Source: Amoebophrya sp. A120 | Taxonomy: Eukaryota; Protista; Dinoflagellata | DNA length: 64,000 nt | Assembly: GCA_905178155.1 (NCBI GenBank) | Contig: CAJINV010000005.1 | Location: forward strand, 8,409,591 to 8,473,590 | Direction: 5' to 3' | Part shown: piece by piece, positions 38,901 to 51,834 of the stretch | Layout of the letters: the number at the start of each line of letters is the position of its first letter | Numbering within the stretch: the stretch's first letter is position 1 | Notes under the pieces: model-generated | What the model saw: only the letters and a program-made list of their open reading frames with translations | What the model was told of the DNA's origin: nothing | Database searches by the model: none | Translations under genes and position numbers: made by a program

Positions 38901-41900
38901 CGAAATGATGCACTTTTTGCAACACAAATTCCAGACTCTATTGCAACGTTTGAGATCATTGTAACACCTGAGCAGGTTATATCTGCGTGTCGGACCCGGG
39001 AATCGTGTGCGAGGGGGACGTATCCTGTGCAAAAGTATCGTACTCGTATTGCAGTCATGCATTACAAATTTTTTTCTCAAGGTAAAACAGCATTACAAAT
39101 TTTATTTCTCATGCTGAGGGAATTTGTCATGCATTTATACGAATACAATACTTTTGCAGTTCATAGGACGACTTGATGAAGCCTTCCTGTCTATTGTGAG
39201 GAAAAACGTCCCCACCCCAGAGTCAAGATGGAGACTTTGCAAGACAAACCTAGAAGTTTTGCGAGTCACGCATGACAAGTTGCAGGCTGTATTGCAGTGC
39301 AGTTTAGCAAGAGAATCCGCATAAAAGATCCATCTCCTCATCCTGTCTACAGCATTACAAGTCTCAAAACACACTTGGAAGTGCCTCTCTTGGGGATGCG
39401 CATCACAAATGCTCCTGTGCTTGCTAATGTGCATGACAATTCTGGTGTGGGGACATTTTTACTCAGGATACTGTCCGTTCTGCCAGTCCGCGTCGGGACT
39501 GGGGTGGTGGAACAGAACCATCCGGGAAGTGCCCACGGACCAAGCCCAGGTCGTCACCCCCTGGCAGCAAAACGCGATCACGGCCAAGGGCATGGGCTAC
39601 GAAACCACGAGCCCCCAGATTGCTTCCAAGATCAAGGAGTGGCTGCAACCGTTTTTGGGCGCCGTTTGCCAGAACCCCATGACGTGCCCCGACTGGATTA
39701 ACTTCCACTTCTACATTATGGAAGTGTCAGAATCGAAATTTACAAAATCGAAAAATTTGTGATGCGCAAAATCGATGTCAGTTGGAGCCTCAGTTTCCAA
39801 GTGGCGCATGACAAATTTGGGCAGCACCCAAATCCAGTCTGTCATGCTGTTTAGGCAAAGAAGACTGCTCCCGTCATGCTACTCTGGCAGCGTATTGCCT
39901 ACCCCTAAACAGGCTTGCAATGGGTCTCATTTTCCTGCTCCGCAATACAGGTTATCAGTGCCTTACATTTTGCGCATCACAAATTATTTCGATTTTGTCG
40001 ATTTCGATCCTGACACATCCATATACATTATGGGCTGCACCACCGATGTCACTGGGCTGCAGGAAAAGTTGCAGGAGGTGCTTGACGTGGTGAAGCTCTA
40101 CCCTTTATCATTTGCAAATATGTCTGGGTCTGGAACAAGATTGAAACTTGTGATGCTGTCTTTGGATTCTATTTCTACTACATAAAATCTGTATTGCATG
40201 AACTGCAAAAGGGGTCCAGTTTTCGCGACGCGGAGAGGGAATTTCTCATGCGGTAAGGGTATCAGGAAGCATTTACAAAATCTGTGATGCTAGAGTATGC
40301 ATGACAGACATCATGGGTGGTCATCCAAAATATGCATGACAGACGTTGAATTCTTCCAGACCCAGACATGTTTGCAATGCATACCCTTCCATCAAGGGCG
40401 CGCTGCTCACCGAAGTGGGTTTGTTGCAAAGCCACCCGGGAGAGACGTGTGACGGGAATACCATCCAAAAGGCCATGACCAACATGTTTCAGGCCCTGGA
40501 CGAGGTGAAGATGCCCAACGACCCTGCGAAACCCTTGGTGCAGTATATCTTATGCATTGCAAAAATGTCTGGGTCTGGAAGAGAGCAAGTTTGTCATGCA
40601 TATTTTGAATGACCCATGATGTCTGTGATGCATGCTCTAGCATCACAGATTTTCCGAGAGCTTTGTGATGCCTCTACCGCATGAGAAATGTCCTCTCCGC
40701 GTAGCACAAACTGGAGTCCTCTTGCTGGTCATGCAATACACTTGTTTTTGGAATTGAGACACAGCATCACAAGTTTAGAATCTTCCAGACCCAGACATTT
40801 TTACATTTGATATATCTCCTGGTTTAACAAGATCAACACCGGCAAGAGTTTCGACCTGAGTCTGGTGGAGGCGGGGACGGGGATATCAAAAGGAAAAATC
40901 TCCCCTCTCCATCAAATTCAAATTCAAATTGTGTTCACTGGCTGGCTGTGGGTGGTGGTTGGCGGTGGCCTCTTATCATGTGGCTCGATAGAACGGTGGC
41001 CTCTTATCATGTGGCTCGATAGTTCACGACGCTTAGTGCATCGCGAGACTCTACCCTGGGCTAACGTTCTCAATCCCGAGGGGAGTCACGGTAAGAAAAT
41101 TCTCGCTAGGGTCTTAGGGGCACAAATTGGATAGCGTTTCACTCGCCCAGACCGAAGCTATTTCTAACTACGAGCCAACTCGGGTTTCTTCTCGCAGTGA
41201 ACCTCACATCAACATCACTGCCACCCAGCTGGGAGCCGCCGCTTCGTCTAGCCGTCGGCAACTGGCCCACGGCCAATCTGCTAGACGCGCGCTGTCTTCC
41301 CGGCCCCACTGGGGCAGTTACGTGCCCCTGCTACTTACGCGGACGCGATCTGGCGCCGCTGCCGCAACGTCCGGATGCGTTCGACGTCGGCCGACGGGTT
41401 CGCGATGAGCTCCGCCCGTGCCTCTACCGCCGCCTCGACCGCCTCCTCTGCCGTAGCGTAGAGCTCCGGATGGATCGTGCGGGAGAGCGGGTAGGGCTCC
41501 TCCTCCCCCGGGACCTTAACCCTCGCACGCGCAACGAGCTTGCCCCGGGGCGCGTCGTACGTGACCCCGACCGGCAGGGCCTTGCTTGCCCCCTGGAACT
41601 CCAGCGCCTGCTTGACCCTTGGCGGATCCTCGGTGTGCTTTTTGCGCTCCAGCGGCTTCTGCGCGGAGGGCTGCACGGCCTCTGGCTGGGGGAAGCAGGC
41701 GCGGAACCTCGCCTCTGTCTCCCGCTGCTGGATCTTGCGCATGTGCACAAACGCAAGGCGCAGCGACCCGAGCCTCTTCGGCGGCAACCGTGGCTCCGGC
41801 CGGCATTCGTCGCAACTGCACTCAATGCCGGTAACCCGCCAGTCGTAGTCGCGCGGAGACAGGTCGCCCTGGAGGTACAGGTCGGCAGCAGCCAGTGTAG

Positions 41901-42858
41901 GCGAGACCACAAAACACGGAAAGTCTAACACCTCCCGAACTATCGAAGCGTACTGCTGCTGCACATCGTCGCAGGGGGGCGCCGGCCTGTCGATGATGTC
42001 AGCGATGCGCTGCGTCCCTACAAAGTCCAGGAGCCGTGACAGGGTGGTCGGGTTGCCGTCTTTGTCCTTCTCGCCGACACTCGCCAGCGCGGCGTCTTTG
42101 ACCTCTTTGCAAACATCAATGTCGCCATCCTCGATCTGCGTCGCCGGCCACCGACCTGCGCCGGAGCGCACACTGGGCATGGCGGCAATGCAGCTCGTGG
42201 GCTAGAACGTCGGCTGTACCCGGGTCGGGCGAGAGGTCTTGCTGCTGCAGAGGGCGGCAGTCGTAATGGGACTCCAGCCCCACCGAACGCGCGGGTGACG
42301 GTGCCAGGGTGCTGCGGAAGTCGCACGCCGGGGCCCCCTTGCAGCCAGCGGTATGGCGTGAGAAGGTCGGCCTCGACATCTGCCAGAGCGGATGTGAGCT
42401 GCCGCCCACCATTCGTCCAGGGAATCCCCGCGGACGATTGCGTGTCGTACCACGTCCGGAACGAGCGCAGGTCCGCGCGCGGGGACTGACCGATGTTTCT
42501 GATGCTGGATTTGCGTACACAAACCAGATTTGTCTTGCTGGAGAGGCCTGCAGACCCAAATCAAGCCTGAGTAGAGAGGCTTTGGCCTAGGCGCTTAGCA
42601 TGAAAAGCGTCTGTGCTGTAGTCGCAACAGCATGACAAACCGCCTGCAAAGTGCGGCGGTTGTCTGTGGAGTTGCCTTCTTGCAAGACAGACGCGATTTG
42701 TGGTCGCAAATCAGCAAGATAAATTTTCGAAAACGTGCCCTGTCAATATGGGGAGGGGGGATCTTTCCTCGCGATAGGGCAACGTAACGGATTTGGGCCG
42801 GGTGTACGCGGGCTTGTGCAGTAAAAAGCAGGAATATATGAACAGCGTTTCAAAATAA
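35936..42858 (+). CDS. GH128-like (Glyco_hydro_cc) glycoside hydrolase, copy 2; ~12 exons
   Basis: The reconstructed protein has a signal-like N-terminus, YCGIAG, WWWNWK, FVPNSWG, GWNEPD, TTSPQ, CPDWINFHFY|IMGC, LYP|SIKGALLTEVG, YI|SWFN and G|NVTDLGRVY, and stops at 42858. Confidence 0.85.
36046..36254. mobile_element. Introner family G
   Basis: TIRs tatcgtacgaaaaaagtgtttcactgtaa / ttacagtgaaacagtttttcttgcgata; TSD ggcct/gccct. Confidence 0.88.
36509..36784. mobile_element. Degenerate family A-like introner (approximate bounds)
   Basis: A ctgggtctgga remnant and tgtnatgc motifs interrupt GH128 between YDVLN and TATTGKVNWWWNW; no clean TSD. Confidence 0.55.
36848..37068. mobile_element. Diverged introner (family J)
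   Basis: TSD atctc/acctc; removal restores RNL|PDDWLF; weak TIR. Confidence 0.7.
37148..38625. mobile_element. Introner family H, expanded by a nested insertion
   Basis: TIRs tatggcgttctcaactgttacattctcaactgtt / aacagttgagaatgtaacgtttgagaacgccata; TSD cacca; removal restores TDH|QDGMF. Confidence 0.92.
37231..38468 (+). mobile_element. Probable 5'-truncated non-LTR retroelement with a (TGA)6 tail
   Basis: Tail tgatgatgatgatgatga at 38451-38468. Candidate TSD tgat(c/g)aaggt at 37221-37230 and 38463-38472. The open frame to 37797 is followed by a UTR-like segment. Confidence 0.5.
38707..38981. mobile_element. Introner family F (reverse orientation relative to 46688)
   Basis: Family F right TIR; TSD tctgc. 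Confidence 0.9.
39021..39165. mobile_element. Introner family E
   Basis: Family E TIRs; TSD ggacg. Confidence 0.92.
39192..39470. mobile_element. Introner family C (reverse orientation relative to 8158)
   Basis: Family C TIRs; TSD ctgtc. Confidence 0.92.
39717..40023. mobile_element. Introner family I
   Basis: TIRs tatggaagtgtcagaatcgaaat / atttcgatcctgacacatccata; TSD tacat. Confidence 0.92.
40106..40383. mobile_element. Introner family A
   Basis: Family A TIRs; TSD ccctt. Confidence 0.93.
40551..40812. mobile_element. Introner family A
   Basis: Family A TIRs; TSD tatct. Confidence 0.93.
40884..42776. mobile_element. Introner family D, expanded by a nested insertion
   Basis: Family D TIRs; TSD gggga/gggca. 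The segment 42495-42776 matches the intact member at 26589-26884. Confidence 0.9.
40913..42494 (-). mobile_element. GC-rich LINE-like 3' fragment encoding a C-terminal AP2-like domain
   Basis: Minus-strand ORF 41335..42180 ends LPVGVTYDAPRGKLVARARV...YATAEEAVEAAVEARAEL. An (AATTTG)3-type tail lies at ~40913-40930 on the minus strand. Confidence 0.55.
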
Positions 42859-44088
42859 GAATCGATGATCTTCCAAATGGATCTTCCAAATGGAGTGGAC
42901 CTAACGTACGGAAGATTATCGAGACCTGAAACATCTGATGACGAGACGGGCATCTTCAAATTGAAATGCGCGAGGACCTGGCTTCCGACCACGAACTCCT
43001 AAATTCTAAAGTTGGATTTTTGTGCGTGTGCCACTAGTGGAAGTATTTGGAGGACCTGTCTGGGGTCAATTATCGTATAAAAAAAACAAAGAAAGCGCGG
43101 CTTCTACATGCGCGTAGTTGCGTAGCAATGCGACCGTCGCACATCGATCATTCATCCTGAAGATCGGATGGCCCTGTGCTTGTGTTTTGAGAATTTGAAA
43201 AATACAAGAAATTAAAATTTGTACGCACTGCCGTGACTCAGCAAAGAACCACCTGACGAGCCACGGTAATTCTTGAAATTGCCGTGAAGTTGGGACGTCT
43301 TTACAAATGTAAGTCCTGTACGCGCTTGATAACTCCCTGTGTAGTAGAGAACTACTTGACCTAGACAGGGAAATTATAACTTCGAACTGCATAGGATTTA
43401 TATTCATTTTCGCAGCTCTGACGCGTGGCTCCATTTTTTAATGAAAACTGTAGGGAAATAACAACAAGGGTATGAAAGCACAAGCGGATCCTTGTGAGTG
43501 AACTACACTCGCAAGGAGGAGAATTGAAGACAGCAGGGAGGACGGTGCCGATGAAAGTCGGGTTTTGCACGGACCGGCTTTTTACTTACTGTTACAACGT
43601 AGGCCAAAAAAATCCAAGCAATTATTTCTACAGCTAAGAGTTTGAAGAAGGTTGTGAGCATTGTTTTTCACTTCCTGAAATAGTACGTGGGCACAGACCT
43701 CAGTGTTCGTTGTTCTACTTTTTCTTTCCCGAGATGAGAGGTCTGTTGACGAGTTTTGCGGCAACGAAAAAACGAGTGAAGCAACAGAGTTTTTATAATA
43801 ACCACACAGGCAACATTGGCATTGAGTTGATGCCCTCTGAGCGCAGGAGGCTGATGTGTTTGGCACTTGATACTTCTATAATTCCGAGGATACGAGGACA
43901 GGGGCGAGGTGGACAGGAAATTTTTTCTTTTTTTCATCACTTTGTCTACTGCCCTCCATTCGATTTCTTCGGACGAGAGGCGTAGCTTTTCTAATCCATT
44001 GCAAAGCCAGAAGGTCGTGATATAGCGCTATGAGCTCAAACTGCTGTTCTCCTAGCTGCGAGTTCACCGTCTCGTCCCCTGCGTCTTC

Positions 44089-45781
<1,693 letters not shown>

Positions 45782-46480
45782 AGTCCGCTCTAGTAGGTAG
45801 GACCTCGCTGTAGTACTACGTAGAAGCCCTCGTCTCCGTTGATGAATTGTTCTGAGTCCTCTACAATGGTGGTGTCTGTGTCTGTTCGACGGAAGCCGAA
45901 AGAAATCTTTATTCGGACCACCTGAGCAAGCTATTTTCGACATGCTGATTTCTTTGGTGATGGTATCGAAGTGTTGTCTCGAAGGACAAGTAGGTTTAAG
46001 TATTGAAGCAGATGGATTTTGCACACCATTTCGGCTTTGTGTCGCGTGGTTCGCGAAGTAGAAACTCGTCGAAAAATAATGAATCCGCGCTTGCGTGTTC
46101 TTTGCTTCCTTGCTTAGCTTCCCCCCACCAGAGTTGTTCTACCCTTCGATCGTTCTTCGTTCTCGTAATGTCGTCTTGGAGGTCGTCGGGCCCTCCCGTC
46201 CGTGAGTTGTTTACCTTTTGATGTCGAGAGAAAGTAGAAGGATATTGGAGAGGATGTTGTTTATTTTATTCGGCAGAGTTCGGCCACGTGTTGTGCGGAA
46301 GCATACTTGAGAACTACATGCTTGCTATATTTTTCCGATGTGCCTGTGCGTGTGGCACTTCCTCCTCGTTAGCGCTTGTAACTCGAACAGAATCATGTGT
46401 TGAAGGTTCATTCTGTAGCAACGATTTGTGCAGCTTCCTAGAAGCCATCTCAAAACAAGTGGCCGCGCAGCCACGACGCT

Positions 46481-47647
46481 ATGCCCTCCGCCTCTGCCTA
46501 CAAAGATCTTTTCGAGGGTGGTCTCTCTGGTTACATCGTTCTCGGGACCCAGCCCGAAGAAGCCGATCCAGGGTACGTCCAAGCGTACCAGGAGCTCCCA
46601 ACCGCCCAGTCCGTTTCCGGGAAACGCGCAACCTGCACCACCCCGACAGACAACCGGATAGAGGACGAAATCACCGAGGGACCAGGATATAACCCGCTCA
46701 GGTGTTACAATCTCAAATCGGTTACCATAGAATATGGAAATCTGTGATGCAAGATTGCATGATCTAGTTCTAGCAAAGTCTCATAGGATTGCGCATGACA
46801 AGTTCCGGAGCCCTAAACCCTACGACAATCTGGCGAAATTTGTATTGCAGAAGGTGGAACGCTGTGCGAGTCTGTCATGCTCATCATGCAACACAAATTC
46901 CAGATTCTATGGTAAACGATTTGAGATTGCAACGTTTGAGCAACTCATACAGGAAATGACGACTACTTGATCAAACGGAAGAATTTCGTCTGGTCGCCGA
47001 AGCAGTGCGCGCACTTGTGCGACCAAATTGGCGACGAGTGCAGTCACTGGAGTTTGTCGCTCGGGCCGGTGTGGAACTCGGAACAGATCCCGGGGGGCTT
47101 GTCCGGGGGGAAGATCGCGAAACCACTACCCTTCACGCCAAAAGCCGGGGCGCCGGGACACTGTTTTCTGTGCGGGATCGGGAAGAACTCGCCCGTGCAA
47201 CAGTTCTACAAAGACAGCATGTTGGTCGATGCGCCGGGTATGTATAGCTATGTGGGAGTGAAGAGGAAATTCACGACGGCGGAGCCGCGGAATAAAGAGC
47301 TTTTCAGCCAAAAACCCGATGGCCCACTGTTTGAAAGAAATTGGAGTATGGATTGTAAAAATGTCTGGGTCTGGAAAATTGCAGCTTGTCATGCTGTGTT
47401 TGGATCCCAAAAAAATCTGTATTGCGTGACCAGCAACAGGGGTCCAGTTTGTGTTACGCGGAGAGGGCATTTGTCATGCGGAATAAGCATCAGGAAGCCC
47501 TCTAAAAATCTGTGATGCTAGATCGTGCATTACATGAATCATGGATCATACAAAATATGCATCACAAGTCCCGGAATCTTCCAGACCCAGACATTTTTAC
47601 ATTTGATATGGAGCTACTTGCCACCGAAATGGTTGAGGTATTTTTGA
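46481..47647 (+). CDS. Hypothetical protein with a PAN/apple-like Cys pattern (exons 46481-46687, 46955-47346, 47614-47647; start may be upstream)
   Basis: Joins EGPG|NDDY and NWS|YLPPKW; CAHLCDQIGDECSHWS...CFL. Confidence 0.6.
46688..46949. mobile_element. Introner family F
   Basis: Family F left TIR; TSD cagga. Confidence 0.9.
47347..47608. mobile_element. Introner family A
   Basis: Family A TIRs; TSD tggag. Confidence 0.93.
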
Positions 47648-48173
47648 AGAGCATAGTAGTTTTTAGCCCTCAACGAGGGAGCAAGAAAAGAAGCAACGTC
47701 GCGTAGAAAATCGAGAAAAACACAATCAGAAAGCAATGAGTTGTTCTCCACCAGTGGCTGTTCATTCGAAGAAAACAGTCGATAGTGCGTGGTGCAGGGG
47801 CTTCTGCTACTTGAGCTAAACTGCTTACACATAAATTGCTGTCGTGCGAGCAACATCGGGAGCTGGCGGGGAGTGAGGCTGGGAAAGAGGTCGTGGACTA
47901 GCAGTGTAGAGCGGTTTTTCGCGAGGGAAGAAAAGAAGATGGTATTGATCGACAGTCGTGAGTAGAACATCGTCGCTCTATTTCTCGTCACTTCAACAGA
48001 CAAAAAGACCGCTTGCTCGTTGATACATATGCTTCGTCTCGCTGAAAAAGAAGAAGATCAAGATTACGAAAGTCGCACGAAGATCAGCAGAGGAACTACC
48101 GCAAATACTTACGACGAAGACAGAGACCACAATTCATCTGACGTCGCACAGCTACCGAGTCAATCGAAGAACC

Positions 48174-49261
48174 ATGCCACTTCGCCTGCCGCTGCTCTCC
48201 GTGAAGATCTTGCTGGTGCAGTTCGCAGCACAGCAGCTGGACGGCAGCTATTTCATGCTCCACGTGGCCGCCAGGAGCAGGATGTTGCGGCGGGAAGCAA
48301 AGCTGGTACCGGATTCTGTTATTGAACCTGAACAAAACAAAGAGAAAAACGGTGGCGACGAAACTGGTACGAATAATAATGAACCAAACTACGTGCCAAC
48401 AGATGACTCCTCGCCGGGAAAGAGGTTTTCGTCCACAACATCATCCTCCTCGTCTTCTTCCTTCCTCTCGACCGCCGTTGCAGCATCTTCGTATCTGCCA
48501 ATCCCGAGCACCGTGAAGATTCTGATTCCGTCCTTTCTCCAGCTGCTTTCATCAACTTCATCCTTTGCAACAACGTCTGTTGCGGGCACGTCTACACCGG
48601 CGGAAAGTACTACTCCTACCAGCTCCACTGGTGACGCCTCGTCGTCTTCCACCTCCACCAGCAGCCTCCAGCTCGCCAAGACGGGTAGTACAACAACTCA
48701 GACCCCCGACAGTGGGGCGAGTGACGTGGAGAAATCTACCGCGGCCTACATCAACGCCGTTGGGACGCTGGAAGAGCACTACGAGGGCGAAGCACGGGAA
48801 GCCGCGAACGCGCATCGGATGCAGAAGGCGCTCACGGGAGATTTGCTCGAGAACGCCAGTGCAGTGAAGAAAGCGGACGCCGAGTACCACCGGGATTTGC
48901 ACAAGGCCGCGGACCAGGCGAGACAGGTAAGTATAGGCGTTTTTGCATAAAGCTGCTTTCTAGGACCTGCACCTGTCGCATCGCAAGTCGAAACATATTA
49001 TTGCTGAACGAAAAAATAAAAAAACTACCAAAACACCATTATGACCAGCTGACGCAAGCCCTGTCCAACGACCAAGCAGCATTTGCGGAGGCTACGAAAG
49101 CCTACTTGAGCGAGAACGACGCGGACGCTTTTTCGGACGAGGACTTTCTCGCGAGCACCGAGGGCTGGGACGAGGAGGAAAACAAAAACTCCCCGAGCAC
49201 CGGCGGCGCGACAACTACTACCCCACCAGCGCCAGCGCAAGCACCAACGTCCTCGGCGTGA
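48174..49261 (+). CDS. Hypothetical S/T-rich protein, probably two exons
   Basis: ORFs 48174..48950 and 49001..49261, with a strong donor cag|gtaagt near 48927. The acceptor is not resolved. Confidence 0.5.
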
Positions 49262-51834
49262 ATAATGAATGTACCTATCGGCAGCTGCTCGGCAGTAGAT
49301 TTGGCACGAAGATTATGATTGAACTGCCTGATTCTACTAAAATGTAACGACCAACTGTTCTTGTACCAAATAAACTGTAAGATTGATACTGCAACTACCG
49401 ATAAACTGTTTGCTCCCAAAAATGTACCTTGACAAGCTGAACTTATCTCTGATTCCGTTTTCAATTTCATTCGAAAGGATGATTTCTAATCATCCTTCCG
49501 CTTTGAATTTCATTCGAAATCGCTAGTACGACGAAGGAGGAGAGGATTCTTGGAAAAGATTTTTCACGATTCCGTATAATTGTAGCATGTTCTCCTCCAT
49601 TCTCGGCAAGGTGTTGAAAAAGAGCAATCATTCGTGCCAGCAGAGAGCGACTCGTCGGAGTTCGAGGTGACGTCCGGTTGTGGAGAAGATAAGCACTCAC
49701 CTTGAGTTGGTGTAGTTGTGGTGGAGAGCAGTCGTCTACTTCTAATGGCTTCGCTCGTGTCTGCTCGTGCTTTCGTGTTTCTTTGCCGAAGCGAAACGAA
49801 TGGGTTTGTACTTTTTTGAAACCACAAAGCAAAGTCGTAGAAATAAAACTTTGCAATCGGAAGTAGGGTCTTTCTTGCAACCAAGCTAGCACTTGCACTA
49901 CCAAGAGAAAAAAACGAAAAATGGGCCTTCTTTCCGCTATTTTCGGTGCGGATGGCGGACAGCACCTGGTTGACGGTGTGTCGTCCTTGTTTGCCGCCAG
50001 TGGCACCACCGGCATGAAGCCGAAGGGCTCGTCGTCGTTCCTGGCACAGCAGGCGGAGGGGAAAATCTCTTCGGATCAGGTACAAGAACCACAAGTGTTG
50101 TGATCTTGCATAAACAAAAGATGAAGTTTGCATGGTCTTTCTGAATGAAAAAAGTCGACACAACATCATGAACGAAATAAACGCAGGTTGACTCCTCGAT
50201 TTCCGGACCGGCGGGCAACTTCGGAACCGGGATGAACAAGGTGAAGCTGCACCAGCCCAGTGCTGCGGTGAAAACTTCTTTCTGAGGCGGAAACAGTAAC
50301 TAAGTTCAAAATCAGCGGATAGAACAGGGCGTAAAACCCCTTCTTCTCCGTTTGATTTACTGGTCTTCGCGAGTGGATTGATGCGGTTGAAAAAAGAAAA
50401 ACTCGTGCAAGATGCTGTTGCGTCCCTGCAGATGAGATGTGTATTCGTCATCGCCTGCAGTTGTCAATAAAGTTTCCAGAATTTTTTCAACGCTGCAACT
50501 GTGCAGCAGTAGTCCCCACCACGATCCGTCAGTAGCTGCTGTACCCGAAACCGAAACGACACCACATTGGAGGTAATAATTCAAATGCTCGATGATCTTT
50601 TTGTGTGACTTCGCATCGACTTCTACTCGTCCCTCGCACGGTACTAGCAGGGGTTGATATTTTCTGCAGGCTGCAACAAATGCCTGCGATGCGAATGATT
50701 TAATAGACTTGCTGTTGCTTTGATTATTTCCTACGATAGTGGGTGTTATTGAGTCGAGAAGTTCTTCACCAGGTGTGCAACTCTATTCAATGTGTAAAAA
50801 TCAGCGCAAGCTCCGTCAACTATGCGCTGCTTGCAAAATGAACAGGAAAATGATTTATGATTTATGATTTCCAAGAACCTTCGGCTTCTGCTTCTCTCCT
50901 TGAGCTTCTGTTTGTTGTACGGTTTTGTAAAGCGAAATTAAAATACAGTGGCGTTTCTTGTTGAGCTTTCCTACTTTGTACGGACACTCGTCACTGCAAC
51001 TCGTAATATGTGACATTGGGAAAGAGCACTCAGCACTAGAAACCAAACCACTACACCCCAGAAACGATGAAAAAATCCGAGAAGAATGTGACAAGAATCA
51101 CTGACCGGTCGTAGGGAGAAGCGAAAAAAAAATCTTCGCGAAAGGTTGCGAAAAAAGTGCAAGCGCACTCGTGACGTTGGACTACCTTCGTCTCTGCTAT
51201 ACACGACATGGGTCGTGTGGTGTTTGGACTACAACGCGCGTAGTTGCAGCATCGTGTCCACGTAGTAGATGTCTAGAAATGTCTGACCACGTGTTGCCTT
51301 GGATCACGAACATTGATGTTGTCGTGTGTTATATCAATAAATCGGGTCGTCGTCGTGTGAAAGCAACTGCTCAAAGAAACACGTCTCTCGCCTGAAAAGG
51401 CAAAACTCGGTCACCACGGTTCTGGTCTTTGTCGTCGTGAATGAATCGTTTTCGCCATGTTGCTGCAGTTGGAACCTGGTTCACCTAGTACAAGTCGTGA
51501 AGTACTTGCCTGCCAGCACAGTCGTCAGCAAGAACTTTGTCGTCAGTCTAAAAATTGGGTGCCATAGCACATTGTAGTTGATCGGCCTCTCTGTCTCTGC
51601 TTGAGCAGCCATCTTTCATCATATCCGATGCACAGCTTCTTGTCTTCTACTACTCTTTCGTGACAACCAACCTAGAGCCGTTGTACAAGCTGGATATTTT
51701 TTTTGTTATCAGACGGGCTATTTGGACTTGAGATGATGTAGCTTTTTTTGAAGTTGGACTTCTCCGATGATTTAGCATTGTCCTCCTGTTTCACATCTTC
51801 ACGACACGTGAAGAACACCTAGAACTACATCAAA

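Noticed and set aside
49467-50584. ORFs 49564..50451 (-) and 49921..50103 (+)
   Set aside because: They have no recognisable motifs or supporting exon structure.
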